From Octopus sinensis (taxonomy: Eukaryota), in assembly GCF_006345805.1 (NCBI RefSeq), contig NC_043001.1:25110001-25174000 (forward strand): a DNA stretch of 64,000 nt, in the 5' to 3' direction. Within the stretch, counting starts at the first letter, position 1; every line of letters begins with the position of its first letter. Below the pieces are notes generated by a model. It did not search any database, was not told the origin of the DNA, and saw only the letters and a program-made list of their open reading frames with translations. The position numbers and the translations under genes were made by a program. Shown one piece after another: positions 23,632 through 37,519 of this stretch.

Positions 23632-24840
23632 CACTGCTTAATTGCTGATTAACAAAAGTAATTCTTAAAGTTGTTAGATGCTTTTCAGCCTTAAAAATGT
23701 AGAGAACAACCAATTGTGTATGACCTACTTACTGTGGATCGAAGATTTGTCCAAGTAGGTTATTGATACCCATGTGTTCTCAGTCATTCTGTTCAAGCTT
23801 GTCTGCAACATGGATATGCCTAGATATTGTAACCAACCAAATTCTGTGGACCAGTACACTCGATGGGATTCAATTTCAACTAGAGTCAATTTACACACTT
23901 TATCTTGCAGTGATTAATTGTTTAGCAAGGACTGTAATAGCATACATCCATTCTATTGATTTCGCTTTCCAGCCTGTTTTGGTTTGACTGGTGGTTGAGG
24001 AAAAAGCAAGGTGAGTTCAACCATTATGGGTTGGCTTTGATTCCTTCAAATTCACCCATGTACTATCAGAGTCTAGATGGAAGTCATTGCAGCCTTCTTG
24101 GCTTTTGCGTTAAGCTGATTCCCTTTACTTCTCCATAGAACCTTCATTGACTATGTACCACTTCTTTTCCTATACACTACTTCATAAACTCCTATATACT
24201 CCAATTTTTTTTTATACTACTTCAATTTTTCCTTATATTACTTCAATTTTTATTTTTCAAAGGATTTCTCAAATCTTTCATCAATACTTAAAATACACAC
24301 ATATGTGGTAGCTGTAACAAAATGCCAACATTGTTACACTTTTACTTGTTTCAGTCATTTGACTGTGGCCATGCTGGAGCACTGCCTTTAGTCGAGCAAA
24401 TCAACCCCAGTACTTATTCTTTGTATGCCTAGTACTTATTCTATCGGTCTCTTTTGCCGAACCACTAAGTTATGGGGACGTAAACACACCAGCATCGGGA
24501 ACTGGGAAAACCGCGCCCATGAGCCTGGCTAGGCTTTAAAAGGGTGCATTTATATTTTTTTATTTTAAAGTCAAATACATTCCTTGAAGCCTAATGATCA
24601 CCAAAGACTGAAATCCACAATTAAGTTTAATACAAATAATACAGACTAAAATAATTGTTCATCTCTTCTCTCCCTTCTTGATTATTCTCTCAACTTAAGT
24701 GTTATTACTAGCATTGGCTTGTGTACAGTATACACCAGTAATAACCCCACTGTGTTAAATAACAACAGATTATGGAACCTGGTGCAGCCTCTGGCCATGC
24801 CAGTTCTTATCTAGCTGTCCAACCCATGAAAAATGGACAT

Positions 24841-24947
24841 TAAATAATAATAATCATGATGATGATGATGATGATGATTGATGATGATGATGACGACGAC
24901 GACGACGACTACAATAATGAAGTGGTGGTGGTGGCGGTGGTGGTGGT

Positions 24948-24988
<41 letters not shown>

Positions 24989-25102
24989 TAAATAATAATG
25001 ATGCTGATGATGATGATGACTACAGTGATGAAGTAGTAGTAGTAGTAGTAGTAGTAGGAGCACCACCACCATTACCACTACTACTACTACTACTACTACT
25101 AC
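24841..25102. repeat. Compound trinucleotide tract (AAT/GAT/GAC/GGT/AGT/CAC/ACT)
   Basis: Direct reading; continues from an RTE-type tail at ~24770-24845. Confidence 0.9.
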
Positions 25103-25361
25103 AGGAATTTGTAGTAGAGACTTTGTCTTTGAGATTACATACCTTATAATTTAGTCTTAGCCAAAATATAGAGAACTTGTCAGAGTAAAACTTAATATTT
25201 AATACAGCATAGCAGATCCCCAAAAAGCAGATGTGATACTGAAGAAAAAAAAAACATAGTTTTAGTGTCCACTTTTCCATGCTGGCATGGGTCAGACAAT
25301 AATTTTGTTGAAGCAGGTTCTTCGTTTAAAAGAATCCCTTCCTGCTGCCAACTTTTATCTA

Positions 25362-26079
25362 CAGGGTGATTGGAAAGTAACTCCCTATTTTAAAATGCTT
25401 ATCATTTATTTATTAACAATAATTTTTTTTCTCAAATTTGTTGTGTATGTTCTTTAACGTATGGGAATTGATTCCATGTTTTTTTTCAGTTTGATTATTT
25501 TGTTTGAAATTTAGAAGCCCTACAAACATGGCTGGATGTTTTATTGTGCAGGAGTGTGCCCAGCTAGCTGCACGTTACGAAGTTTGGAGATCAGTTGTTC
25601 AAGTGCAAAGATAGTGGAGGACCATTAGAGGAAGACATGCTCAAGTTGATGCAAAGATAATTAAGAATTGCCGTGCAAAATTCATGACTACAGGATTTGT
25701 AGCTGATACTTGAAGTGGTCGTCCTTCCAATTCATCAAGGTCCACATGACTGGCTGGCAAGAATCCCTGATTTAACACCCTGTGACTGTTTTCTTTGAGA
25801 TTGGTTAAAAGAGGAAGTCTTCTCCACCAAACCAATGACTTTGGAAGAACTTGAAGGGTGGATACGAGAAGTTATGTCTTCCATTCTACAAGAGTTCCTG
25901 ATGAAATCAGTTGATGTGGTTCCCAGGCGGCTTCAGAAGCTGGTGGTGAATGCTGATGCCTATATTAAATTTTAAATAAAATTCCATGCTATACACTTTC
26001 TTTACATATTCATTTTTTCTAAAAATTTCTAATAAATTATAAGTATTTTAAAATAGGGAGTTACTTTTCAATCACCCTG
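25362..26079 (+). mobile_element. Internally deleted Tc1/mariner-superfamily element
   Basis: ~50-bp TIRs CAGGGTGATTGGAAAGTAACTCCCTATTTTAAAAT, TA TSD; N-terminal HTH-like segment (RSVVQVQR..SGRP) joined to C-terminal WLARIPDLTPCD...KEEVFSTKPMTLEELEGWI. Confidence 0.85.
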
Positions 26080-26300
26080 TATTTTCAAGAAAGGCTATAC
26101 TTCCTCCTAATCTATCAAGCCATGAACAGTCCAAACAAGCTTTCTCACAAGATTGTAAATAAATGACATTGTTTATATAAACAGTGACATTTTGTTTACA
26201 GTCAACCTGTGCATGTCAAGATAAGAAAAATATATACACTATCACATACACACACACTCACTATGTGTGTGTGTGTGTACTTATTAAATATATATATATA

Positions 26301-26512
26301 GGGGGGAGAATTCACGAAAAAAACAAAAGACGAAGACAGGTGGTGTAGAAAACAAACAGATGTATTAGTATAACACTCAGGAATTGAAAAAGTCTTTTAT
26401 GCTTGGAGCCTACGCTCTTCCACAGAAAGGAACACAGAAAGAAACAAGGAGAGAAAAAAAATGTGTGTAGTGGCTACCGATCTATCATGGCAATTGCCGG
26501 ACAGAAGGGTCA
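26301..26512 (-). mobile_element. Hammerhead-like mini-element family H1
   Basis: Reverse complement of 10740-10930 and 21976-22160; abuts (TA)n. Confidence 0.7.
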
Positions 26513-27319
26513 TATGTATTTATTTATTTATGTATACATAAATACATAATCTTTTTTGTATTTATGTATAGAAAAATATTAAAATTTTGTATTTATGTAT
26601 ACAAAATTTATGTATACAAAATTTTGTATACATCTTTTTTGTATGTGTGTGTGCATGTGCATGTGAGAGAGAGTGAGTGACTGTAATTTCTCATAACATA
26701 GAGAAATGGATGTCTTTCAATGAAATTTATTTGGTTGTGGCTTATTTTGATACAATATTTATGTGTACATTTTCATAAATATTTGTCTGAGTAGAATTGT
26801 ACGCATGCATGAAACACTGGATGAAAGTGAAACATAAGAAACAAATTGAAATACTGCCCGAAAATGATCTCAAAATTGTGCAACCCAACCTCATTTCCAA
26901 GGTTATTTTAGTAGTAAAAAAGAGTTGTTCTGTCACAAACGTAATTTATTTGGTAGCCTTTATATATATAGATATATGATAGGCAGCTTTCTTTATTATA
27001 GTACAGTTACTGTGCAACCCCGACCTCATTTCGGAGAAACATCACTTTCATTATTCACACATCATCGCTCTCGTAATGCAACACTTTGTAATTTTGGTTC
27101 AAATTGAAAGTGGGAAACTATTTTCCCTTTCTAATGAAACCTGGTCGTTGTAGAGCAGTGTCTTTCACATGAGATAACATAGAAAATATGTAAATGACTA
27201 TAAAGTTTATTTGATAGCCAAAAGATTATTGAATCTTTTGATACCCCATACATCAAAATCAGCAACTCAGTTTTCAAATGCATAAGGAACATATGCATAC
27301 ACACACACACATAAACTCC

Positions 27320-27606
27320 ATCAGTCCATCAGATGTAGTTACACATCGCTGGTCACAATGCGTTTGCATTGTTTTAGCCTTCGAATGACGCCACCCCGCT
27401 GGCTAAGCGAGCAGGCCAACAAAAGAAAGAGTGGGAGAAAGAGTGGTGAAAGAGTACAGCAGGGATCACCACCCCCTACCGGAGCCTCGTGGAGCTTTTA
27501 GGTGTTTTCGCTCAATAAACACTCACAACGCCCAGTCTGGGAATCGAAACTGCGATCCTATGGCCGCAAGTCCGCTGCCCTAACCACTAGGACATTGCGC
27601 CTCCAC
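27320..27606 (-). mobile_element. SINE family B, tail type 4
   Basis: Reverse complement of 47861-48175; head abuts (TA)n. Confidence 0.85.
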
Positions 27607-27620
27607 ATATATATATATAC

Positions 27621-27664
<44 letters not shown>

Positions 27665-27712
27665 TGATATATATATATATATATATATAAAACGTTATAT
27701 ATATATATAATG

Positions 27713-27757
<45 letters not shown>

Positions 27758-27758
<1 letters not shown>

Positions 27759-28315
27759 CATTAGGCCTCACCAAGGAAATGACTAGCGACCAAGACTTTT
27801 GGAAATATGCTGTGCTTGAGAAGACCCGACAAGCCAAATGAGACCATAACCTGTGGCCTATGCCAGGAATGTAACCAGCCCGCTTATGCATACCTTTTCC
27901 TTCTTTGGACACTAAGTTGAGGCAAGTGAAATCAAAATCAAAATCAAATTTGACAACTGGCATCCGTGCTAGCAGGGTGCAAAGAGCACCAAAAGAGCAC
28001 CATATGAAGGTGATCATTGCCAGAGCAGCCAACTGGCTCCGTGCTAGTGGAACATAAAAGGGCACCATTCAAGTGTGATCGTTGCCAATGGCACTTGTGC
28101 TGGTGGCATGTGTAAAAATATTCAAGCGAGGCCATTGCCAGTACTGCCTGACTGGCATGTAAAAAGCACCCACTACACTCTCAGAGTGGTTGGCATTAGG
28201 AAGGGCATCCAGCTGTAGAAACTCTGCCAGATCAAGATTGGAGCCTGGTACGGCCATCTGGTTTGCCAGCCCTCAGTCAAAATCGTCCAACCCATTAAAC
28301 GATGATGATGATGAT
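27758..28315 (+). mobile_element. RTE LINE 3' end (ORF tip plus 3' UTR)
   Basis: [27 protein letters not shown], then tandem UTR units and a (GAT)n tail. Confidence 0.8.
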
Positions 28316-28564
28316 CTTTTATCTTTTACTTGTTTTGATCATTGGACAGCAGCCATGTCTGGGCACCATTTAAAGTAGTTAGTTGAACCCAGTAATTTTT
28401 AACCCCAATACATTTTTTTAAAGCTTGGTACTTATTCTTTTGGTCTCTTTTTTTTTTGCCAAACCACTAAGTTAGAGACATGTAAATAAAGTAACACTAG
28501 CTGTCAAACAGTGGTGGTGTACAAACTTAAGCACAAAGACACATACACAGATATATATATATAT

Positions 28565-30193
28565 ACTTGGCTTTTGTGGATTTGGAGAAAGCCTTTGACA
28601 GAGTCCCCTGATCTCTTATCTGATGGACGATGTGGAAACTGGGGATTGGCAAATGGTTAATAAGGGTTCTGCAGGTCCTATACAGAGATGCCATTAGTAA
28701 GGTTAGGGTTGGCAATGAGCATAGCGAAGAATTCTGGGTAGAAGTAGGGGTCCACCAAGAATAAGCTCTCAGACCCCTCTTATTTATCATAGTCCTCCCG
28801 GCAATAACAGAGGAATTCAAGACAGGTTGCTCCTGGGAGCTCCTCTATGCTGATGACCTGGCCCTCATATCAGAATCACTACCAGAACTAGAGAAGATAT
28901 TCCAGGTGTGGAAGCAAGGTTTAGAATCGAAGGGCCTTAGAGTCAATATTTCAAAGACCAAAGTTCTAGTAAGTAGGAAAGTGAACACATCATATACCCT
29001 TTCAGGTAGGTGACCCTGCTTGATCTGTAGAAAAGGTGTTGGTAGAAACTCCATAAGATGTACCCAATGTAAGCTATAGACACATAAGAGGTGCAACAAC
29101 ATCAAAGGAAGATTAACCGGGAAGATAGCTTTCATGTGTGGCAGATGCACAGGAGCAATAAACACCACTGATGCTCAGAAAACAGATTCCATCACATACC
29201 AGGGGGAGAAACAAGAAGTAGTTGATAGCTTCCGCTATCTAGGTGACCAAGTCTGTAGTTGGGTTGGATGCTCAGAGAGTGTTATCATTAGAATACGAAT
29301 AGCCTGGGCAAACTTTAGAAAGCTTCTACCTCTACTGGTGACATAGGGCCTGTCACTCAGAGTGAAAGGTAAACTGTATGATGTATATGTGCAAACTGCC
29401 ATGCTACATAGCAGTGAGACATGGGCCGTGACTGCTGAGGACATGCATAGGCTTGAAAGAAATGAAGCTAGCATGATCCACTGGATGTGTAATGTCAATG
29501 TGCACACTCGACAGAGTGTAAGTGCCCTGAAAGAAATGTTGGACATGAGAAGCATTAGATATAGTGTGCAAGAGAGATGTTTGTGTTGGTATGGTCATGT
29601 ACTATGGATGGATGAGGAGAGCTTTGTGAAGAAGTGTCATTCCTAAACAGTGGAAGGAATCCTGGGTAGAGGGAGACCCAAGAAGACATGGGATGAAGTG
29701 GTGAAGCATGACCTTCGAACGTTGGGCCTCACAGAGGCAATGACAAAAGACCGAGATCTCTGGAGATATGCTGTGACTGAGAAAACCTGGCAAATAAAGT
29801 GAGATCACAGATATAGCCTATATCAGTGTTGCATAACCAGCCCACTCAAAAAGTACCTTTGGATTGCAGGGCGATATGCCATGCTTGAGGAGACCTATTG
29901 AGTCAAGTACATCAACATCAAAATCAAATCAAACCACAATTAAATAGAAATTGTAGTTGTGGTCCCCGTACCGGTGGCCTGTAAAAAGCACCATCCATTC
30001 GTGGTCGATGCCAGCCCTCTCTGGCCCCTGTGCAGGTGGCATGTTAAAAGTACCCACTACTTTGGCATTAGGAAGGGCATCCAGCTGTAGAAACACTGCC
30101 AGATCAGACTGGAGCCTGGTACAGCGTCCTGGCTTTCCAGACCCCAGTCGAACCATCCAACCTATTCCAGCATGGAAAGCAGACGTTAAACGA

Positions 30194-30196
<3 letters not shown>
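28565..30196 (+). mobile_element. 5'-truncated RTE-clade LINE (RT with embedded PHD-type finger; in-frame stops)
   Basis: AFVDLEKAFDRVP, GVHQ, LLYADDLALI, GLRVNISKTK, FRYLGD, SETWAV, WYGHV, GRGRPKKTW, DRDLWR in a single frame, followed by 3' UTR and GAT tail. Confidence 0.92.
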
Positions 30197-30233
<37 letters not shown>

Positions 30234-30234
<1 letters not shown>

Positions 30235-30348
30235 CGACCAGGCCATCAGATGTTGTTACACATCGCTGGTCACAATGTGCTTTGCATTGTTTTAGCCTTC
30301 AAATGACGCCACCCCGCTGGCTAAGCGAGCAGGCCAACAGAAGAAAGA

Positions 30349-30387
<39 letters not shown>

Positions 30388-30797
30388 GACCAGGCCATCA
30401 GATGTTGTTACACATCGCTAGTCACAATGCGCTTTGCATTGTTTTAGCCTTCAAATGACGCCATCCCGCTGGCTAAGCGAGCAGGCCAACAGAAGAAAGA
30501 GTGAGAGAAAGTTGTGGCGAAAGAGTACAGCAGGGATCGCCACCATCCCCTACCGGAGCCTCGTGGAGCTTTAAGTGTTTTTGCTCAATAAACACTCACA
30601 CCGCCATTGCGCCTCCACATATATATATATATATATATATGTGGAGGCGCAATGGCCTAGTGGTTAGGGCAGCAGACTCGCGGTCGTAAGGTCGCGGTTT
30701 CGATTCCCAGACCGGGCGTTGTGAGTGTTTATTGAGCGAAAACACCTAAAGCTCCACGAGGCTCCGGCAGGGGATGGTGGCAATCCCTGCTGTACTC
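30234..30797. mobile_element. Head-to-head family B (tail 4) SINE fragments separated by (TA)n
   Basis: Two minus-strand tail copies (30234-30350, 30385-30618) and a plus-strand head (30641-30797). Confidence 0.8.
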
Positions 30798-30929
30798 AGG
30801 GCTATATATATATATATATATCATCATCGTTTAACGTCTGCTTTCCATCATCATCATCGTCATTTAACGTCTGCTTTCCTTGCTAGCATGGGTTGGATGA
30901 TTTGACTAAGGACTGGTGAACCAGATGGA

Positions 30930-31422
30930 AAAATATCATCATGAAGCAATTCACTCTGCCAGAAATTTGATAACAACAGGCTGTACTGCTTGGTATTTAC
31001 ACCTGAAGCTCCAATATGAGCATTTCAGAGTATTTGGATGTCAATCTGAGGACAGTACAATCTGAAGACATTTACCAAGAGTGATAAAAATCAAACATCC
31101 AGTCAACACCATGGTGTTTGGAGTGATAGTGACATTATGCCTCCATTCATCTTCCCACAAGGCCTCAGACTCAACACAGTGGCCTACGTCAAGTGCCTGG
31201 AGGAGGTAGTGCTGCCCTGGGTCAAGAAGGTGGCTGCTGGAAGAACCTATGTCTGGCAACAGGACTCTGTACCATGCCACACAAACAGGAGAACACAGTC
31301 GTTTCTGAAATTTCTGTAACCACATCACTCCTAACATTTGGCCACCTAACTTCCCAGATTGCAACCTCCTTGGTTATTATGTGTGGGGAGAGACCAGTTG
31401 AGCAAGAGACCAACAAAATTCC
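30930..31422 (+). mobile_element. DD37D (maT-type) transposase fragment
   Basis: MPPFIFPQGLRLNTVAYVKCLEEVVLPWV...YVWQQDSVPCHT...WPPNFPDCN; same family as 54660-55492; the element's left end occurs inverted at ~31585-31645. Confidence 0.8.
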
Positions 31423-31498
31423 TTATCGGTCTCTTTTATTGAACTGCTACCAGCATTAGTTGTCAAGCGATGGTGGGAGAACAAACACAGACACACAA

Positions 31499-31587
<89 letters not shown>

Positions 31588-32039
31588 TATGCAGTTGACA
31601 AAATCAAAAACAATGCGCATGCGCAAAATACAAATTATAAAGCCCGTTGTATATATGTATAATATATACATATATACGATGGGCTTTTTTCAGTTTCTGT
31701 TTACCAAATCCACACACAAGGCTTTGGTCAGCCTGAGGCTATAGTAGAAGACACTTACCCAAGGTACCACGCAGTGGGACTGAACCTGGAACCATGTGAT
31801 TGGTTAACTAGCTACTTACCACACAGCTATGATAGGCCTTTCAGTTTCTATCCACCAAACTTACTCACAAGGCTTTGGTCAGCCCAAGGCTATAGTAGAA
31901 GACAGTGAATCCAAAAACATGTGGTTAGGAAGCAAGCTTCTTACTACACAGCCATAAGCTTTTCTAGTTTCTGTTCACTAAATTTCACTCACAAGGCATT
32001 GGTCAACCCACAACTACAGGAGAAGACACCATCCAAAGG

Positions 32040-32418
32040 TGTCCCCAAAGTCCATCCCCTCCTCACCATGGTGGGGACGCTGGCAACAAGTAGTGTCAGA
32101 GCTATGCTGTCGGGAACTTCGGTTCCTGGTAGGGCCACCCAAGGCGGATTGGTCTGACACTGAGTGGTATTAGGGCCACAACCTGGCAGACAAGGCTCTG
32201 GTGAAAATCCTCGGAGTGTCTGCTTTGGCAACCGGTGGCTCCTCGGTGGTTCTGCCCCTGCGTCTGCAGACAATCTGCGGCAAACAGGATGTCTCCACAT
32301 GCGGGATTGTTGGGGACCGCTTGTGAAATCCACATATTCCCACGAAACTTCTTCCATGAGTAGAAAAAGCCGACTCAACCTGCCCAGGGTGAATGTCGCC
32401 ACAAGTAAGTAAGTAGTA
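32040..32418 (+). mobile_element. GC-rich non-autonomous RTE-like derivative
   Basis: GAGCTATGCTGTCGGG...CCTGGTAGGGCCACCCAAGGCGGATTGGTC resembles RTE 5' UTRs; ends in (AAGT)n. Confidence 0.45.
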
Positions 32419-33989
32419 AAGGTGTCCATGAACAAGAAACAACTACATGAGTCTGAAGCAAACTTCTTCATTCAATAAATATACCTACACCCATTATCAG
32501 TTAAGATTTTTTTTAGAACAATCCTTCAATAATTGATTGATTATTGCAAACAATTACAAAATGTCTCCTCTATAAATAACATCCTCAGTAGCTAAGATTT
32601 TTGCTGTCATTAATAACACATTATGCAATTTTTGCTAAAGTCTGGGGCATTGTACAGAGATCTAATGTGTCTAAATCCCAAAATAACAATCAAATACAGT
32701 TAGCAGTCACCCAAGAAACGAAAGTGGTATGATTTTTCAAATAAAATATATAAAATAAAAGTTGCTGCTGACTTCAGCAACAGAAACACGTAAAATAGGA
32801 AAAATTATCCCATTAATTTGCCTTTCTTTTCTTTCATTTTTTTTTGTCTTTTTGTTTTGTTTTTTTTTTGGGTTTTGGGGTTTTTTTTTTTGGTTATTGT
32901 TTACAATCTGTAGATGCAGATGAATCAATCAGAAGCATATTCTGAAAATAAATGAAATGAATTGCAAAAATAGAAGAAAAGCCAGAGATGACAGCTTTTA
33001 ACCATTATAGGTGCACAATAAAGCCAACTAATGAAAATTCATACTCTTTTAGCCATTTTGCAGTTTCATGTGAAGTAACAAAAAGCAAAGTTATGAAAGA
33101 ATATATCTGTCTTGCAATATAACCAGTGGATCTCTCTATTTAATACAATTCTATCATCAAACCTAAAACTCTTCCTGGTTCTATATGACAACGCCTCCCA
33201 TTTTAACCCTTTTGTTACCATATTTTTATTAGAAATACACAGTTTCTTTCAATATAGAAAATAATGATGAATATAGTAAAATAACTTTATCGTTGAGACA
33301 TTTAGTATTTAGAAATTTAGTATTTCTAACTTTATCGTTATTAAGCTGAAACATAAATTAACATGAAGTTCTAATGCGAAGACTTCTCTCTCATTCTTCA
33401 CCTTTTCCCATCTTTAAGGCTTTACCCCTCCTCCTTATCATCTCTTTATGATCCTCCTCACCTCTACTTTCCCCTCCCTTCTCTCAATCTCCTTCATATT
33501 CTTCTATTAAACACCTCATTACTATAGACATTTATCTCTATAATCTTATCATCACCAACTGTCTACTACATTTCATCAAAATATCTTCCTTTCCCACTTT
33601 GACTGTAAATCTTACCTACCATTACCTACCATTCTATTTACGCATATTCCATTTTCCTTTCTGTTATATGCATTTTTCTGCCGACAACAGGATGGATTGC
33701 ATCTATATTCTGCACTCACTGCAGACAAGCTGCACAGATCTGTATCTAATATGCAACTGTCCAAGAAACAGCTGTAAAGTACTATTTGTATTTCCCCTTT
33801 CCATCTTTTGTGAGTTTTTTACCAGTGACTCCAAGGGTTTTATTTAACTGTCTTAGGTCAGCTCAATACAAAGAACTTTTTTATTTCATCCTGGAGTGTA
33901 TCTGTCTACAATGAATCATTATGCACACTCATCTTCCAGATCTTTCCCATTCCAGATTTTTCCCATATATATATATATATATATATATA

Positions 33990-34312
33990 TTCTTTTACTT
34001 GTTTCAGTCATTTGACTGCAGCCATGCTGGAGCACCACATTTAGTCAAGCAAACCGACCCCAGGACTTGTTCTTTGGAAACCTAGTACTTATTCTATCAG
34101 TCTCTTTTCCTAAACTGCTAAGTTATGGGGACGTAAACACACTAGCATTGGTTGTCAAGTGATGTTTAGTTTCTGTCTACCAAATCCACTCACAAGGCTT
34201 TGGTTGGCCCGAGGCTATAGTAGAAGACACTTGCCCAAGGTGTCACGCAGTGGGACTGAACCCAGAACCATGTGGTTGGTATGCCAGCTACTTACCACAC
34301 AGCCACTCCTAC
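33990..34312 (-). mobile_element. SINE family A (middle deleted)
   Basis: Reverse complement of 23232-23631. Confidence 0.8.
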
Positions 34313-34794
34313 ACCTATATATATATTTAATATATTATATAAACATGTTATATATTGATCTGATACCTTGAAACTGCTTATTTATATTTTGTTCTGTTAT
34401 ACCTACATCAACTTTAATATAACACCTTGTCATAGATAACACACACGCACACAATAATCACAGATCCCTCCATCACTTGCCTAACTACTGCAGTATTCTG
34501 CTGCTGTAATTAAATGGCAGCAGAACTATATACTTGATCATACTATTCTGTGCTACCAGTTATCTCTTCCACTACCAGGAACCACTTCCTTTGACATTTA
34601 CTCTTCATTCTTAATATTGTCCCTCCCCACTCACTTTACATTGATCAATATTCTGTGTCACCAATTATCTCTCCCTTTTCTCTGAGCCACTTCCTATTAA
34701 CTCACCCCTATTACCATGTCTCTCCCAACAAAGTGTTGCAACCTACACATCTGTCCTTACCCATCATCTCCCTTTCATTCTTCTTCTGTCAATT

Positions 34795-34860
<66 letters not shown>

Positions 34861-35470
34861 TGCTCTTCCTCCCTCTGTACTGACTGTCATCACCACCTCT
34901 CCTTTACCTTCTCATCATTTCATATTTATCATCAATCATTTCTCAACTCTTCTTTGCCACACACACATACACACACACACACTGTATCTCTAACTTTCCC
35001 TTATCCACCCCATACACTCTTGCAACCCCTACCCACCCTTTCATCCCCCATTCTCTTTTCTGCTCACTTCCTCATACCATCTTCATCTCTCTTTCCATAT
35101 CCACTCTGATTAGCTTCACTCACTCATAAGTAATGCAAGGTAGGCATATATCTCTTCTGCAGTCAGAAACCTGTTCCTGTCCCTTCTTTCATACATTAAC
35201 CTCCCAACTCCTATGATAAATGCACCTCCTTTTCTACTATGCTGTCACTCACTTGAGGCAGAGCTTAATCTTGTCAGTTATATGGTAACCTCACTAGTGC
35301 TGGTGCCATGAAAAAAGTATCCAGTACACTTTATAAAGTGATTGGCATTTAGGAAAAGAGCATCTGGCCTTAGTAACTATGTCAACAGACATTGGACCAT
35401 TACACAGTCTGCCAACTCATTAGATGTTGTTGAACTGTGCAACCAATGTCAGTATGTGTGTGTGAGTGTT

Positions 35471-35550
<80 letters not shown>

Positions 35551-37519
35551 TATCTATATATAGGACTACTGCATCATAGGTGACGTGTAACTCTCAATTT
35601 TCAATTTGTTGAATTTATCTGTCAGCTAACAAACAAATCATTATATCATCCGAAATCTGTTTCCAAATTCCCACCTCATTATATAGATATCCTTTCTTAA
35701 AGGTTTGATGCAGAAGAAATAGGTGAAAATATAATCTCTATGTATGCATGTGTGTGTGTGTGGTGTGTGTGTGTGTGTGTGTACATCTAAGTTATGATAA
35801 GAAAATGATGAATAGAATTATAGAGTGTAATCATCGGTTGTAGATTTCAAAATTGCGTCGTAATAACTCTTTTCTGCTTTGTACCACCACCACTTGATGA
35901 CCTCAAATGAGCGTTGTTCAGTCTAATCATATAGTTGCAAGCTGGTCACACTGTGTTTAAAAATATTTCCAAACTTTTTATTCAAATTAATGGCTGGCAA
36001 TGTAATTGTTTCAAATGATTCAAAATGGAAATAATCCAACTATTTTTACAGTGTCAAGTGATCTTAAACCTCCCATGAACCATCACTAAAGAATTCTATT
36101 GTGTCACAAGAAAGTCTAATTATACATTTATTCAAAACGTACCTACAGTAATTGCTTTGTTTACTTCTGCAAAAACATGGACAAAAATAATTGCATTTGT
36201 TTTCTTTCTGCCAAGATATAAACTGTAATTTTATTTATATCTGATTTTTTCCTTCTGTTCATCACAAGTATGTGTGAAAATTTTATGATGCTTCTGTATT
36301 TATTTCGTAGGCATATATTTAATATATTTTCAAAGAAAACTGAAAGAAAGATATAATTTCGTTAGACAAAATTACAAGTCTTTTTTTTTAATGTCAAATG
36401 ATAAAAGAATTCTATGTTTGTTTGGCAATTCTTTTATACCAAATCTTGTCAAATTATTTATTTCCATCACTGATATAATAATTTTTTTCCTAGCAATAAC
36501 AAAACTGCCACATTTTAGATTTTCTTGTCTGTGGCCCTTTGTAATTCTAACTCAATTTCCTTTATACTAGTTAAAAATTGTTAATTTATTATTTATTTGG
36601 CCTGCATCTGTTCAATCTCCATCAAACATTAACATACACTTCTTTTACATTATCAATTCTCATTGATTAGTTTTCACTCTTACACAAAGACGTCGGCTTT
36701 CATAATTTTGAACACTGATTCCTGTAGTTATTCTTGGTTCATTCTGCAACTATTATAGACTTTCTACTTTCATTGTTATCAAACATATACATCATACAGA
36801 GTGGTGCTATTCAAAATATTTTACTTTTTTAATCTCTATTTATTCTAATGTAGCTATCATAGTTGTTCTTTTATAAGTCCTTTAAAAATCCCATGCTTGT
36901 CGCAATCCTATTTCTGATCTGCCAGTGCACTCTTTTCCTCTTTATAACTCTTTTAATGTTAATTTTTTTCTTGTTTGTTTAGTTTGGTTTGGCTTTTTTT
37001 TTTCATTTTATTATTTTTTTTTTGTCTCTGTGTGTTTTTATCATGCATACTTTACATGTTCCTTTGACTATCATTACCATCTCGCTTTACATGTCATACT
37101 GTTGCTTTCTGCTTCCACTTTTGCCCTTCTCTGACAATTTGCTGAGCACTGTATGCAATAAAGTCATTATCATTATTAGCGATTTCACCTATCACTACGT
37201 TCTGAGTTCAAATTCCACCAAAGTCGACTTTGTCTTCCATCTTTTTAGGGCTGATAAATTAAGTACCAGTGAAACACTGGGGTTGATGTAATTGACTAGT
37301 CCCCTCCCAAAAAATTTCAGGCCTTATTATTATCATCATCATTATTATTATTATTACTATTTCAAATTCCGCCAAGGTCACCTTTGCCTTTCATCCTTTC
37401 AGGGTCAATAAAATAATACCAATAGCATACTGGGGTCAATGTAATTCACTAGCACCCTTCCCTCAAATTTCAGGCCTTGTGCCAATAGCAGAAAGAATTA
37501 TTATCATTATTATTATCCA

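Noticed and set aside
36100-36920. Possible ancient LINE RT on the minus strand (similar hints at 22200-22800 and 23700-24140)
   Set aside because: Only vague motif echoes with many stops; cannot be supported without a profile search.
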